Below the pieces are notes generated by a model that saw only the letters and a list, made by a program, of their open reading frames with translations, made no database searches and was not told the DNA's origin. This document shows positions 52,783 through 64,000 of a stretch of DNA of 64,000 nucleotides, piece after piece. The position numbers and the translations under genes were made by a program. The stretch comes from Vicugna vicugna (Eukaryota): NCBI GenBank assembly GCA_013265495.1, contig MU058584.1, positions 2,451,599-2,515,598 on the forward strand, read 5' to 3'. How positions within the stretch are numbered: the stretch's first letter is position 1; every line of letters begins with the position of its first letter.

Positions 52783-52921
52783 TTGTTCCCTTGTAAGTCG
52801 CAAATGCAACAGGCTTCCGTCCCTCTGGCCTCAGCTAATTGGGCCTCTCTAGCAGGAGACTGGAGGGTGGGATTCCCCTGTTTTCCTTCTGTGCAGTTGT
52901 CTCCAGCTGGCTGTGTCCCTT

Positions 52922-53468
52922 TGTCACCCCAAAAGGGGAAGGGAAAAGACCTCAGTTCTTGTCATACCTGAAAGACAAGAGTCCAGACGGGAGATAGAGT
53001 GCTGTACAGCGAAAGATTTTAGAGGATTTATTTGGGAAAGTGCCAACTCCAAGAACAGGAGACGGGATGATCCAGCAGAGGAAAAACAGTGGTCTTTGTC
53101 TCCCCTTTCTTTTACACCCTCGCTTAGAAGTGGTCCTTTCATTGATTGACAGCTCTTGCCCCTGGAATGCTCAGTCATGTTTGTCCCCTTCTGCACATGT
53201 CCTTATCCATGATGCACACAGAAAAACCCATGGGGGACCTAAACCACAATGTTAATTATATCACAATGAGCATTGGGTCACGTCCAGTTAGGTCCTTCTC
53301 GCTACTGCGCGGTTGTGGCTGTCGGGTTCTAGCCAGTTTCTTGTTGGCACTCATTTAGAGGAATCAAAGTCCCTTTATGCTGGAGATGGGCATAACGCCA
53401 TCTTCTGGACCATCTTCCCTCTCCTCCACCTATCTGCTTGGTGCACCCACTTATCTAACTACCTAACA
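52922..53468 (-). mobile_element. ERV1-class solo LTR (547 bp)
   Basis: TG…CA termini (minus strand starts TGTTAGGTAGTTAGATAAG). Perfect 4-bp TSD CCTT at 52918-52921 and 53469-53472. Confidence 0.85.
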
Positions 53469-53799
53469 CCTTGATGAAAGATCACTGCTTCTCTCTAGAC
53501 AGCCTGCTCCATGCGCCTCTCTCCTTATTGGTTCTGGCAAACCCTCTACTCTCATCCCTTCTGGACTATGGGGGTCACCTCTGTTGCTGCTTGCCCCAGC
53601 AGCCTGTGCTTCTGCACACCTACCCACGCATTTGTAATGAAGCCTTCTCAAAGGATCCTGATTTGCATGTGCCATCTGTTTCTCGTTGGGACCTTGTCTA
53701 ATACAGTGCACGAGGGAAATGAGAGAATTGATATTGGGTAGGAAATCAACAACTGAGAAATTGAAAAAGAAGCTGATGGCAGTTATTTTGGCTTCAAGT

Positions 53800-54314
53800 T
53801 ATGGTGTCATGGTTTTATATCATGCTCACAAATTCCTTGATATTCTTCTCTTTAAGAGATGGAGCTTAACTCCCCACCTGGAGTGCGGACTGGACTTAGT
53901 GACTTGCTTCTCATGGAGAACATGAAGTGGAAGTGACACTGTACAATTTCGGAGACAAGGACGTAAAAGGCACAGTGATTTCCAACTTGCTTTCTTGGGT
54001 CACTTGCTCTGGGGGATGCCAGCTCCCACGTCATGAAGACACTCAGTAAACCTTGGAGAGGCACTCGTGGTGAGGAATTGAGGCCTCCAGCCAACAGTCA
54101 TGGGAGTCAGTCATCTGGGAAATGGATTCTCCAACCTCAGTCAAATCTGTGCTGACATCCTAACTGCAACCATATGAGGCATTCTGGGCCAGAACCACCC
54201 AGCTAAGCTAACTCAAAATTCCTGACTCATAGATGCTGTGAGGTAATAAATGTTTACTGTTTGAGTTTGCTAAGTTTGGGGCAATTTGTTATGCAGCAAT
54301 AGATGTCTGATACA
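53800..54314 (+). mobile_element. MaLR solo LTR (MLT1F-like)
   Basis: gacttagtgacttgcttc…cgtggtgaggaattgaggcctccagccaacag…ttgttatgcagcaatagatgtctgataca. Confidence 0.85.
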
Positions 54315-54516
54315 CTTAGATACAGCCACGATGCTGCATTAATAATGACAGTGGTTAATATTTATTGGATGCTTAATATATACATCACTTACTGTGCTAA
54401 ATATTTCAGTTTTCACATGTGCCTCATGAGGCAAGCACTATTATTAACCTCATTTTATAGATTAAGAACCTGAGGCACAAGGAAGTTAAGTATCCTTCGC
54501 AAGGACACAGCCTGCA

Positions 54517-55244
54517 CTGTATTTCACGGATTATACTATGCATATTTTTTTTTCCATATTCAACATCTTTGAAATTCAGGGTGCCTCTTACAATCAATGA
54601 TAGCTCACAATTGCTGGCAGCCAGGCGGCGGTTTGATATAACTGCAATTATGTGCGTGTAAGTGGCCATGGTCCTAGCTGCTTCATATTGTTATTGCTTC
54701 AACTGAGTTATACACGCTGAGCTTAACTGCTGTTTACGATATCTTCAAAGTGTATTCTATGACTTGGAATTAAAATGAAGAGTTATTGTGTACACACAAA
54801 AAAAGACAAAAATAAAGCAGCAGATCATAAATTTTACACTGGAGAAGCAAATATGTATTGCTTGAGGAATAAGAGCAATTTTACATTTTCTAACAGAACA
54901 ATTACCAAGTCCTTTATGGAACCTGGTAAACGCATGGTGCCCACAGTGGCTGTTCCTTTTCATTCCTGAGATGTGGGCAAAAAGATAGCAAATCACATGC
55001 TAAGCAAGGTGCTGTAGTAAATGGCCAAAGTTCTTTCTTCTTTTTTTCCAAATTTCTTGAAAAAAGAAAGAAATTTCAAGACGCTAAGAGACTTGGGGAA
55101 CTGATGGGTGTGTGGGTGTGTCATGTAAACTCATTATTAAGGCACTGTTTCCTAGTTTAATTAGAGTCATTCTTTCCTCCTTAGTATTTAAAGTAATAAT
55201 GGCGTATCTCATGATTGGCAGTTTCTTAGAGATGATAAAACATG
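54517..55244 (+). mobile_element. TcMar-Tc2 (Kanga/MER104-like) DNA transposon, internally deleted, inserted in a MIR
   Basis: Degenerate TIRs (ctgtatttcacggatt… / …cttagagatgataaaacatg). ORF 54775 (NKAADHKFYTGEANMYCLRN) resembles a pogo/Tc2 N-terminal HTH. Antisense MIR halves flank it (~54345-54515 and 55245-55312). Confidence 0.7.
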
Positions 55245-55408
55245 TTGAGTGGCTGGGCTGGGATTTCAACCTGGGAAATGTGAATCCAGAGTCCACATGC
55301 TTAATCACTACATGAAGTGCCTCCTGTATGATCTATTGGGAGTTTAGGAAATGCCCAATCAGCTCTGTGTGGTAACTTAACTAAAAGTTATTCAAAATAT
55401 TTTCCATC

Positions 55409-55545
55409 TCTGAAAATTCTGGAGATTGGTGGCGCAATGTGAATATACTGAACACTACTAAACTGTACACTTAAAAATTGTGATGATGGTAAATCTTATG
55501 TTATGTGTATTTCACCACAATTAAAAATAAAAATAAATAAATAAG
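55409..55545 (+). mobile_element. Short L1 3' tip (L1MA/MB-type end)
   Basis: aactgtacacttaaaaat…ttatgttatgtgtatttcaccacaattaaaaa. Perfect 16-bp TSD caaaatattttccatc at 55393-55408 and 55546-55561. Confidence 0.9.
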
Positions 55546-58500
55546 CAAAATATTTTCCATCCCAAACGTCCAGTTTACTTTCTGTCTCTGGACCTTGGTA
55601 GAAGGTGTTGGCAGGCGGTGAAGGGTGAAGTTAGTACTCTGTAACATGATATCAATAAAGTATTGACGCTCTGTACCCTGATAATGGTGATAGTTACATG
55701 GGCGTATACCTTTGTCCAAACTCATCAAACCAAACACTTAAAATGAAAACATTCACTGCGTGTAAATTATACCTTGGCAAAAACAAAGTTGATTTTTAAA
55801 GAAACTTTAAAAAATGTGGTGGAGAACCAGGCATAGAGGGAGGAAGAAAAAAAATGTTCAGTAAATATTGGTGCTAAAGAAACTGAGGACTTGTTGAGAT
55901 GATTTGCCATCTTATTGGCATAATTCATCATATTAGCTTTTTCCATCCCACCTTCCTATCACAGTGCATGTGTTAGAAGGATGGAAACCCTACCTACGGC
56001 ATGTGCCTGATCTTCCAATATAGTTTCCCCAAAGAAGGGTTTGACGTGACTTGTCGTGTTGATCCCATGCTGATTCCTGAAGAAAACCACACCTCTGTCT
56101 AAGCATTCATACACGTTTTGTTTAACTGGCAACTTGACCTTGAACAGAACATCTATTCGTTACATTTACAGATGAAGCATTCTTCACCTTCCCTTTAGGA
56201 ATTAGAAAGAAGGTACCAGCAAGTTTCTTTCTCCATCAACATCAAACAATTGGGAGGAACTTTTCACATCCCCACTGGGAGCAGAGAAAAAAGAAATTGC
56301 ATGAGTCTTCCTCCAAATCTTTCTTTGGCTACAGAAGGGAATCCTGTATCTTTACTCTCAAAAGAGTGCAAGTAACCCTGGGGCTAATTGATCTCACTTC
56401 TTCTTGAGCCATTTCTCTTTGTTTCAAAAGAGACCCGGATGCTGGGGGAGGTGGAGCCTTCTACCCAGTCCCTGCCGAGGAGGGCTGGAGAGCAGACTCT
56501 TCCTGGAGAGCACAGATATTGCATGTGATGGAGGAAGAGACATTTGAAAGGAGAGGAAGATAAAAACAATTAGGTGAAGCCGCACTATGGGTCTCTCTCT
56601 GTCATGTGCCAAGAAATACAGCTGAAGAGAGGAGATGGATTTTAGCCCTGGGTTACAAGATCTAGGCTGGACAGTTTGGTTGTGAAGATAACTGTAGAGA
56701 AACTGCTCACCACGACCAGTCCACACCAGAAGCCAAGTAAGAGAAGGGGTTGGGGTCACTCTGCACCTGTGTGGAACTCTGCCTTGACCACACAATTATG
56801 CAGGGTTTACTTGCCTACCATGATCTGTCACAGACCACAGAGCGACAAAGCATGAACAGGCATGCACAGATGAATCCACAGTGTGATTGATGGTAATTTT
56901 AGGGGCACAAGTGGCTTCAGGGTTGGGGTGGAGTGGGAACCCCAAAGCCAGAATGTGAAAATGCAGTAACTCACATAGACTTTCCCACGGTTTTCTCCAG
57001 CGGCCTGAGTCAAAGGACTCACCAGCCCAGTATCTCTATTTTTCCTACTGTAAAATGAATTTAATGTTTGATTCTGTCTTCTCTCTTTCTCCCTCTCCCT
57101 CCCTCTCCCCACCTGCTCTCTATCTCCCCCTTCCCGTCTCTCTCCTTCTTCCATCTTTCTCCCCTCCCTTTATTTCATTTATTTAACTACTATTTCTGGC
57201 GTCTAGCTCATCACCGCTCCAGACCTATAAAACGGTGGGCAAAATAAAGTCCCTGCCCTCACAGAGGTTACAGGCTCTGTGGAAAACAGATATGGATTTA
57301 AATAAATCAACTCTGATAAATGAGCTAAAGGCAAAGAATAGATGACTCAGCCTTTAGGGAGTAACACGTGAGCCAATACGTGGGAAAGTCCTCTGTTGGA
57401 AAAACCTGAGTAGAAACAAGAATAGTGAAGATATTAAGCTTGCCAGACGGGAGAGTGATGACAGTTGGGATGCGCAGAGAGGAGGGGGAGGCAGAGGGAC
57501 AGACCGAGAGGGGAGGTCTCTCAGTAACCCCTGTTTCACCCTCACCTCTTTCTCCATGATGAGGACCTGACTCCAGCTGCCTCCACATTTCAACAGTCCA
57601 CGTAGCCAAAAGCAACCTTTCCTTTCCCTTCCCTTTACACTTTTCTTTCCTCTGAGGAGCAGGGAGGTGACTGAGGAGTGGAGGGGCACGCATGCCGGTT
57701 TCCTGTGTCCAGTCTGTCAAGACAGGCAGAGCAGGACACTGGGGAGGGCTTCAGTCTCCAAATCACACTGTCAGGGGGAGCTTACGTTTGCCGTTAATGA
57801 CTTTGATGTTATTAGGCTAGACAGAGGGATGTCGGTGTGAATCATGTTCAATGTTTTTCCATATTCATAATGGGCTAAATATAGTCAGAAGGATGAGACT
57901 AGCGGGCACGGGCCCCTGGATGGTCATAGTGGATGATTCCTATGATGAAATTAAATGCCAGCCCAGCTCCTGTGTTCCCCGAGGGGCATGGAAACCCACA
58001 TCCTCACCCTCCAACCGAAAGATGAAACTAAGATACAATTGTTAGATTTTTACCCTTCATTCCCAGTAGCCAAATTTTAAATAATATCTCATGAGGCCAG
58101 GCACTTTGCTCTGACTGGTGGAGATTTAAAGTGCACAGGTCCAGCCAGGGGCAGCCAATCCCAACCCACCTCTTCCTAGGGCGGTCCGTGTGTCTGTCCA
58201 GTGCCAAAGCCTCGGGCCATGATTTTCATTAAATGAGAAGGTTAATGTTTTCACTTATGTAAAGGGGAATATGGAGTGGGAAGGGAGGCGTGGCAACTTT
58301 GAAAATAAATAAGCCTTTTCCTTTGCAATGCCATGAAAAGTAGCGGTAGAGAAGAGGAAGGAGCATAGAAAATGGTCCACTCATGGAATTCAAAACCAAG
58401 AACTCTGATGGTAGTGCCCAGAATGCTCGAAGGTCCTGATATAGGTTTTAATAGATTAAATTTTATCTTCGCTATATACATATGTGACATTTAGCATTTA

Positions 58501-58557
58501 GTCCCAAATACAGGCAACAGGAAGGATTTTTAATTTGGTTTTAATTCATGAACTTCT

Positions 58558-58777
58558 TTTTTTTTTTAACATTTTTTAATTGATTCACAATCATTTTACA
58601 ATGTTGTGTCAAATTCCAGTGTAGAGCACAATTTTTCAGTTATACATGAACATGTGTATATTCATTGTCACATTGTTTTCTCTGTGAGCTGCCATAAGAT
58701 CTTGTATATATTTCCCTGTGCTATACAGTATACTCTTGTTTATCTATTCTACAACTTTGAAGTCTCAGTCTATCTCT
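58558..58777 (-). mobile_element. Young L1 3'UTR-only insertion
   Basis: Same 3'UTR family as 12628 and 44967. TSD attcatgaa(a)cttct at 58544-58557 and 58778-58792. Confidence 0.92.
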
Positions 58778-59158
58778 ATTCATGAAACTTCTGATTATGA
58801 AATCATACATGTTCAATATAAAATAACTGAAAAACCAGAAAGAAATAAAATTACATGTAACCCACCATCCCACACTTATATACGTGCATATATACTTCCG
58901 TCTATATCTGTATCTTCCACTTTCTTCCGATTGGCGTATGTGTGTCTTGAGGTAATTAACTTTAAAATTCTTCTGTGTAGACAGTATAATGTGTGTGTAT
59001 GCTATTTAAATTTAATATTCACCTGAGAGGGATCCAGAAGTTTTTATTTAACACACAAAAATTCACTGTTAAGATCTGCATCAGTGGGTTTGATATCCAC
59101 CTTTATTGATTTTTAGAAACAGTTGGAGGGTGAGAAAATAAGTGATGTTCAAGATGTC

Positions 59159-59747
59159 TGTGCGCTGGATTGCTCCATTGTCAGCTTGGTTCAACCAGGG
59201 ACTATATTTCCCAGCGTCCCCTGCGCATGATTCTGGTCTAGAGTTGCTAAGAGAAGACTCTGCATGAAACTTGGGAGCCAGAAAAGAAGGGGCAGCCATT
59301 CCTCTTGAAAGTTCTTTGCAGTTTCATATGTTGACAAATAGGAGAGATGCCCAACAAAAAAGAAGAGGTTCCCAGTCTTCACGCTTCACTCCACATCCAG
59401 GTCTTCTGCTTGACTTTTGGTCCTGCCGACCAGCAGCATCCCAGGCTACCTCCGGTTGCTTAGCAACCAACACACAGAGGGAGGTACAGAAGCAATACCT
59501 GCCCAATCACCACCCCTCAAAACTTTCCCCCTACATGACCTCACTGGCTTGGTTTCTTAGATTCTACTGCAAGTCTTGACTTGTCCAACCATACTAGTGC
59601 CCTTTTCTCTGATTCCCTAGCTTCCCGTTTCACATCTCCACTTGAACTTCCACAATAATTGTGTAAGGTATAATTTCTATGATAAACGCCATATCCAGTT
59701 GCACTCAAAAATCACTCTGCTTCACTAGCTAAACCCTGACGGACACA
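59159..59747 (+). mobile_element. ERV-L-class 5' LTR
   Basis: TG start, gactatatttcccag motif and end …gctaaaccctgacggacaca, followed by a degenerate PBS-like tgctccagatgtggttcc. Confidence 0.65.
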
Positions 59748-60760
59748 GCTATTTGCTCCAGATGTGGTTCCAGATGAACAAAATGTGAAGGATGGGCATC
59801 TTTGATTATACTTAAAGGCATTGGTGATTCTGTTTCTCCTAATTGTAAGTGGGACACTGGGAGTCCACGATGTGCAGTAGCAAAACAGCTATTCAAGTCA
59901 TCACTGTGGTGACCTGGAGTCAAGTGCCTACAGAAGACGCAACTTTGAGTGACAAAATAACTTACTCCATAAAGCATTTTAGTGGAACTCACAGGTTGGC
60001 TGGATGCACTTATGTGTATAGCAGGGCATGGAGAAAGAGGATGAGGCACTCAGAACTCTAAATTTCTGGGTCAAGGTCCAGTTAAATGACCACAAAACTC
60101 CCTTGGCTGCTTTATGTAGGAGAGTAAAAGTAACTCTTATCTCAGGTTGAGATATCTGAATACCAACCCAAAGTTTAATCTTGTGGGTGAACTGAGTCAC
60201 AATACAGATAGAATTTATAAGCTTGAAGAGTCTCTTCTGTTAAATTCAGGACACTAATTGGGAAGGATTAGAACACCAAAATGTGGAATGACTCATGAGT
60301 AAATTCAAATGAAGCTAAGGTCCTTGCACCCTTATAGTCTGCCAAGATTTATTTATTATTAGATGCATACTTTTTCTCCTCTATCTGAGATGAGTCTTTC
60401 CTTCCTTGAAGGACATCTGATGGCATCTTTTATATTGCAGAAAAATGCTGATCCTTCTCAAGTCCTGTCTCTACAACCAATCATTACTCTGGGGGCTATA
60501 CCTGGACTCAATTCTATCAGGCCCCCAAGGAGTCATTTTAAAGTATAGACATAAGGAGATAATCCAGAAAATGAATTGCAAGATTTGTCAATTATACAGT
60601 CAGAATTCTGGGAGAAATGTATGAGAAAGGATCCTAGTTTGGATCAAGATGGATGGGATATAATATTGGACCAAGACAAATTTACTAGTAGGAGTATAAT
60701 GAGCAAAGGTTCTAGAGTCAATGTGTTAACCTGAGTGACTTGGAGAGGCTCTCACAGTTT
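59748..60760 (+). mobile_element. ERV-L internal, degenerate N-terminal gag
   Basis: Text resembling ERV-L gag (…ggatataatattggaccaagacaaatttact…tcaatgtgttaacc), then truncated by L1 fragments. Confidence 0.7.
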
Positions 60761-60769
60761 ATATAAAAA

Positions 60770-61080
60770 TCAAGATTCCAAGTTCATACTATCTAAAAGA
60801 GATGGACTTCAAAAATAAACAAAAAGGTCAGAAGGATAAATAATTTAAAGAAAGATTCGCCATTCAAACCGTTGGCATGAGAAAGTTGATGTGGATATGT
60901 TAATATCAAGAAAAATGGATTTCAAAGCAAGAAGCATTGCCAGAAGTAAAGAAAAACATTTACTATTGATGAACCAAGTTGATTTTCAACAGAACTGCCA
61001 AGGCAATTCAATGAGAAAAGGAAAAAAATCTTACAAAAAATTGTGTTGAAACAATTGGCTATTTGTCTGGGGGAGAAAAT
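60770..61080 (+). mobile_element. Old L1 ORF2 fragments
   Basis: gatttcaaagcaagaagcattgccaga (endonuclease region) joined to gattttcaacagaactgccaaggcaattcaatgagaaaagg (later ORF2). Confidence 0.65.
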
Positions 61081-62089
61081 GAAACAGCCTCTACTACATA
61101 TAGGTATATCACTATGTCAGTTAAATCTATTAAAACTACAAATATTGTTAATAGTAGAGCCATGTGTGGTTTATGATTACATTAACTTTCTTGTAAGACT
61201 TACTTTCTTTTGTTTCAGTGTTTCTCATGGTCCTTCTTTTAAGGTTGTGCTCCTCTTTCATACAAGTTCCCCATCGTATCTAGACGACATTTTCCATTGG
61301 AACAACTCAGTGTCATTTGCCTTGGTTCCAGTTAGTGGGACAGATTCAAGTTTGCCCTGTTTGGGGACCCAGATTGAAAATGCAGCGCTGCCTGAGGCTC
61401 GCTCTTTTTATGAGAGAGGACAGAATATAAGAGGTCTAAGTTAACCTCACCAGCACACTTAAAACCTCTGACTAATATGGTATTTATCAGGTAAACTTCT
61501 TCATAGTAGAGTATGGTGTAATGTAATATAGTGGGAGGAGAAGTGGGTATTTGCCAAATAAGAATTGTCATATATCCTCCTCTTTTTTGGTGCATGATTG
61601 AAAATACTTACTCTACATTCATACGACTGTCAGTTTGGTTGAGAGCAGTGTTCTTCATTGAAAGTAATTTTTCCTTAGTATTTTGAGGGATTTGTCCTAC
61701 TGACTTCTAGCATCCAGGATCCTTGATAAGATACATGGTTCTTTCTGTTCTAAGTGACCTATTTTTTCCTCTCTGAAAATGACTTTTTATCCTTGGTGTT
61801 CTGCAATTCTACAATGATGTGTCTATGCTTTTGTATTTTCTCATTTATTGTAATTGATAGTTGGGAAAATCTTCCAATCAGAGATTTACAACCCTCACCT
61901 GGGAAATTCCATTGTACTTCTTTGATAATTTTCCTCTTCTCTGTTCTTTCTGGAATCCCTTCCTGAGATGATCTTCCAAGTCTGACCTTATAAGTCACAT
62001 GTTTCATTGCTGCCTATTTGTTCATTTTTAGGGATTTTTCTTGGTATTATATTCTAAGCATTCTACTGAATATTTTAATTTTAATATCT

Positions 62090-62650
62090 CAATTAAGATG
62101 CTTTTTGCCTAACAGTGAGGGCTCAACTCAGAATGGTTTACACAAAAATGTGATAGGTTATCTCCTGCAGCAAAAAGTCCAGAAGTCGGTGCACAGGAGA
62201 TAAATAAATTCAGCTGCTTAATGACATAAGGGTTCTGGCAGCTTCATTGGGTCACCCTTGTCATTGGACTTATAGACTTTCATTGGCAAGATAGCTGTAG
62301 CCACTCCAAGCATCATGTCCTCACACAACTAGGTCTCAAGAAAAAAAAAAAAAAGGAAACCTCTGTATTGTGTCCTTTGCTATGAACAAAACAACTTTTC
62401 CCAGAAACAGTACTACAGACTTTTATTCAACCTTTGTTGAACAGTATTGTATCACATATCCATCTTAAGCCAATTATATGACCGAGAGAACAGAATTACC
62501 ACTACTATCTTCATCAAGATCTAGATCACCTGGTGCTGGGGAGGGATGAAGTCTCCCCGGGAACAAACACAAGGCGTCTGGAGAAGGGGGGACACAATCA
62601 GGATGCCATCAGAAAAGAGGAAGCCAGGTGAATGGTTATTACACAGGCAA
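62090..62650 (-). mobile_element. Old MaLR LTR (MLT1K/L-like) within degenerate antisense L1M sequence (~61600-63400)
   Basis: ggcaagatagctgtagccactccaagcatcatgtcctcacac…ctttcccagaa motifs. Confidence 0.55.
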
Positions 62651-62974
62651 CTGAGATGCCACTTTGGCAGTCAGAATCCTGATGTGAGACAGCTTTGAAT
62701 TCTCCATTCTTCTAATATAACTTCTTGTTTTATGAATGCTAACTATTCTTACTAACTCAGAGGATTCTAATTAGAGTTTCATGTATATTCTCTTAGATAT
62801 TCTTATTTATTATGGTTTTTTTAGTGAGATTATTTTATTCTACCTTATCTCCATCTTCTCTTTCATGATGCTGGCAATCCTCAACTGTCTGCTGATCCTT
62901 AGTTGTATCTTTATCTTAAATGTGACAACCAAGAGCTGGTTAGGAGCTTGGTGCCTCTAGGCGTGGTGTTCATG

Positions 62975-63750
62975 GGCCCTGTGCCAGATCTGCTGAATCT
63001 GACTCCCAGGATGATTCAGTTAGAAGTGTGTGACTATATTTTAGGGATAGCCCTAGTGAAAATTCAGAGGTTTTCTCTAAAGGATATTTAATTTCACAAT
63101 TTAGAGAAGAACAGTCTGGAAGTCAGGGAAAATAGAGGAGTTAAGGAATGCCAAGTATTCCATATACATGCTTTCAGTTAATTTCTCTATTTATAAGCCC
63201 ATGTTACCCTCCAATTCACTCTTCCAGCCATGTGTCTGGGGCCCCTGCCCCTACCCTGTGCCGTAGAGGCTCCTGTACTGTCCTTCCTCTGGCCTCCGTC
63301 CCTTCCCTCACTGGGCAAGGAGCTTGAAGGACAAAGAGAGGGTATATCCAATGTTCACAGATTCCTTTCTAGACTAAGCTCTTCTCTGAGTGGCTGGACC
63401 CCAGAATTTTCTTCCCAAACAAGCCCCAAGTCCTCTTCCAGGCACTGTGTGGGCGTCTCCCCTAGGCCTTGAACAGGAGCCTAGAGGGACCATCTGTGGG
63501 GGTGTAGACGGAGCTATGGCTTGCCAACTAGGCTGACTACGCAGGTGCACAGGAGGCCCTGAGGGGTGCAGAACAGAGAAGGGAGGGAGTGTGTCCTGTT
63601 GCCATGGCCTCGCAAGTGACAGGAGAGAGCTGGAATCGCCCAGGCATTCTCCAGGCTCATGCTTCTCAAACTTGACCATATATAAGGATGACCTGAGCCT
63701 ATTCCTGGCCCCACCCAAGGAGTCAGATTCAGCAGATCTGGCACAGGGCC
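62975..63750. repeat. Perfect 32-bp inverted repeat (arms 62975-63006 and 63719-63750)
   Basis: ggccctgtgccagatctgctgaatctgactcc is the exact reverse complement of ggagtcagattcagcagatctggcacagggcc. Confidence 0.95.
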
Positions 63751-63822
63751 TCTGAAATCTTAACAAATTCTGGGAGTGATGCTGTTGCTGCTGGTCCACA
63801 GACTAGACTCTAAGGAGCATTG
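63655..63822. mobile_element. MER5A-like hAT MITE
   Basis: cttctcaaacttga…gccccaccca…gattcagcagatctgg…taacaaattc…gtgatgctgttgctgctggtccacagactagactctaaggagcattg. Confidence 0.75.
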
Positions 63823-64000
63823 CTCAGTTGAGACCTCTTGCATTTTGCCTCAGCAGTTACCCTTTCTCTGTCTACTCTCTCAGCCTCTCTCTCTCTCAGT
63901 TCCAGTCTCTTCCTCTCCAGGAATTTCTTTAAATCTCTTGTCTGCGATGTTCTCTTCATCACTGTGTTTTATACCTTTGGAAATTTTGTTATGATTTTAA

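Larger units (their letters stand above)
52553..53705 (+). mobile_element. ERV-L 3' LTR (LTR33-like), twice interrupted
   Basis: Starts TGT after the polypurine tract and ends gtgccatctgtttctcgttgggaccttgtctaataca. LTR text is continuous across the two insertions. Confidence 0.75.

Noticed and set aside
49775..60760. Idea that the two ERV-L pieces (gag-to-3'LTR at 49.8-53.7 kb and 5'LTR-gag at 59.2-60.8 kb) are swapped halves of one provirus
   Set aside because: They overlap in gag (49780-50130 corresponds to about 60290-60740) with very different sequence, and their LTRs look different. They are better explained as two independent insertions.

Overview
This is repeat-rich placental mammalian DNA, most likely camelid. 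That inference rests on a vic-1-like tRNA-derived SINE and a recurring young L1 3'UTR that I associate with alpaca/camel. I recognise no host protein-coding gene, rRNA, functional tRNA or CRISPR array. Every ORF with a recognisable motif is a transposon remnant: L1 ORF2, ERV-L gag/RNaseH/IN/dUTPase, or a Tc2/pogo-type transposase. The window reads as intergenic or deep intronic sequence. Old repeats (L2, MIR, MaLR, hAT and Tc2 DNA elements, ERV-L) are overlaid by younger L1, SINE and ERV1 LTR insertions, many with readable target-site duplications (TSDs). Between them lie repeat-free, homeobox-motif-rich or CpG-rich islands that resemble enhancers. The most notable items are: an apparently perfect 1,092-bp tandem duplication; a perfect 32-bp inverted copy of part of an ancient MER5; an L1 insertion with a foreign 3' tail; a nested ERV-L lacking PR/RT but keeping dUTPase; a MER41-like LTR with YY1 and STAT-type motifs; a dense motif cluster at 57.35 kb; and several candidate non-coding exons. 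I found no convincing novel multi-gene system. Repeat family names come from remembered consensus sequences, not a database search, and boundaries without TSDs are approximate.
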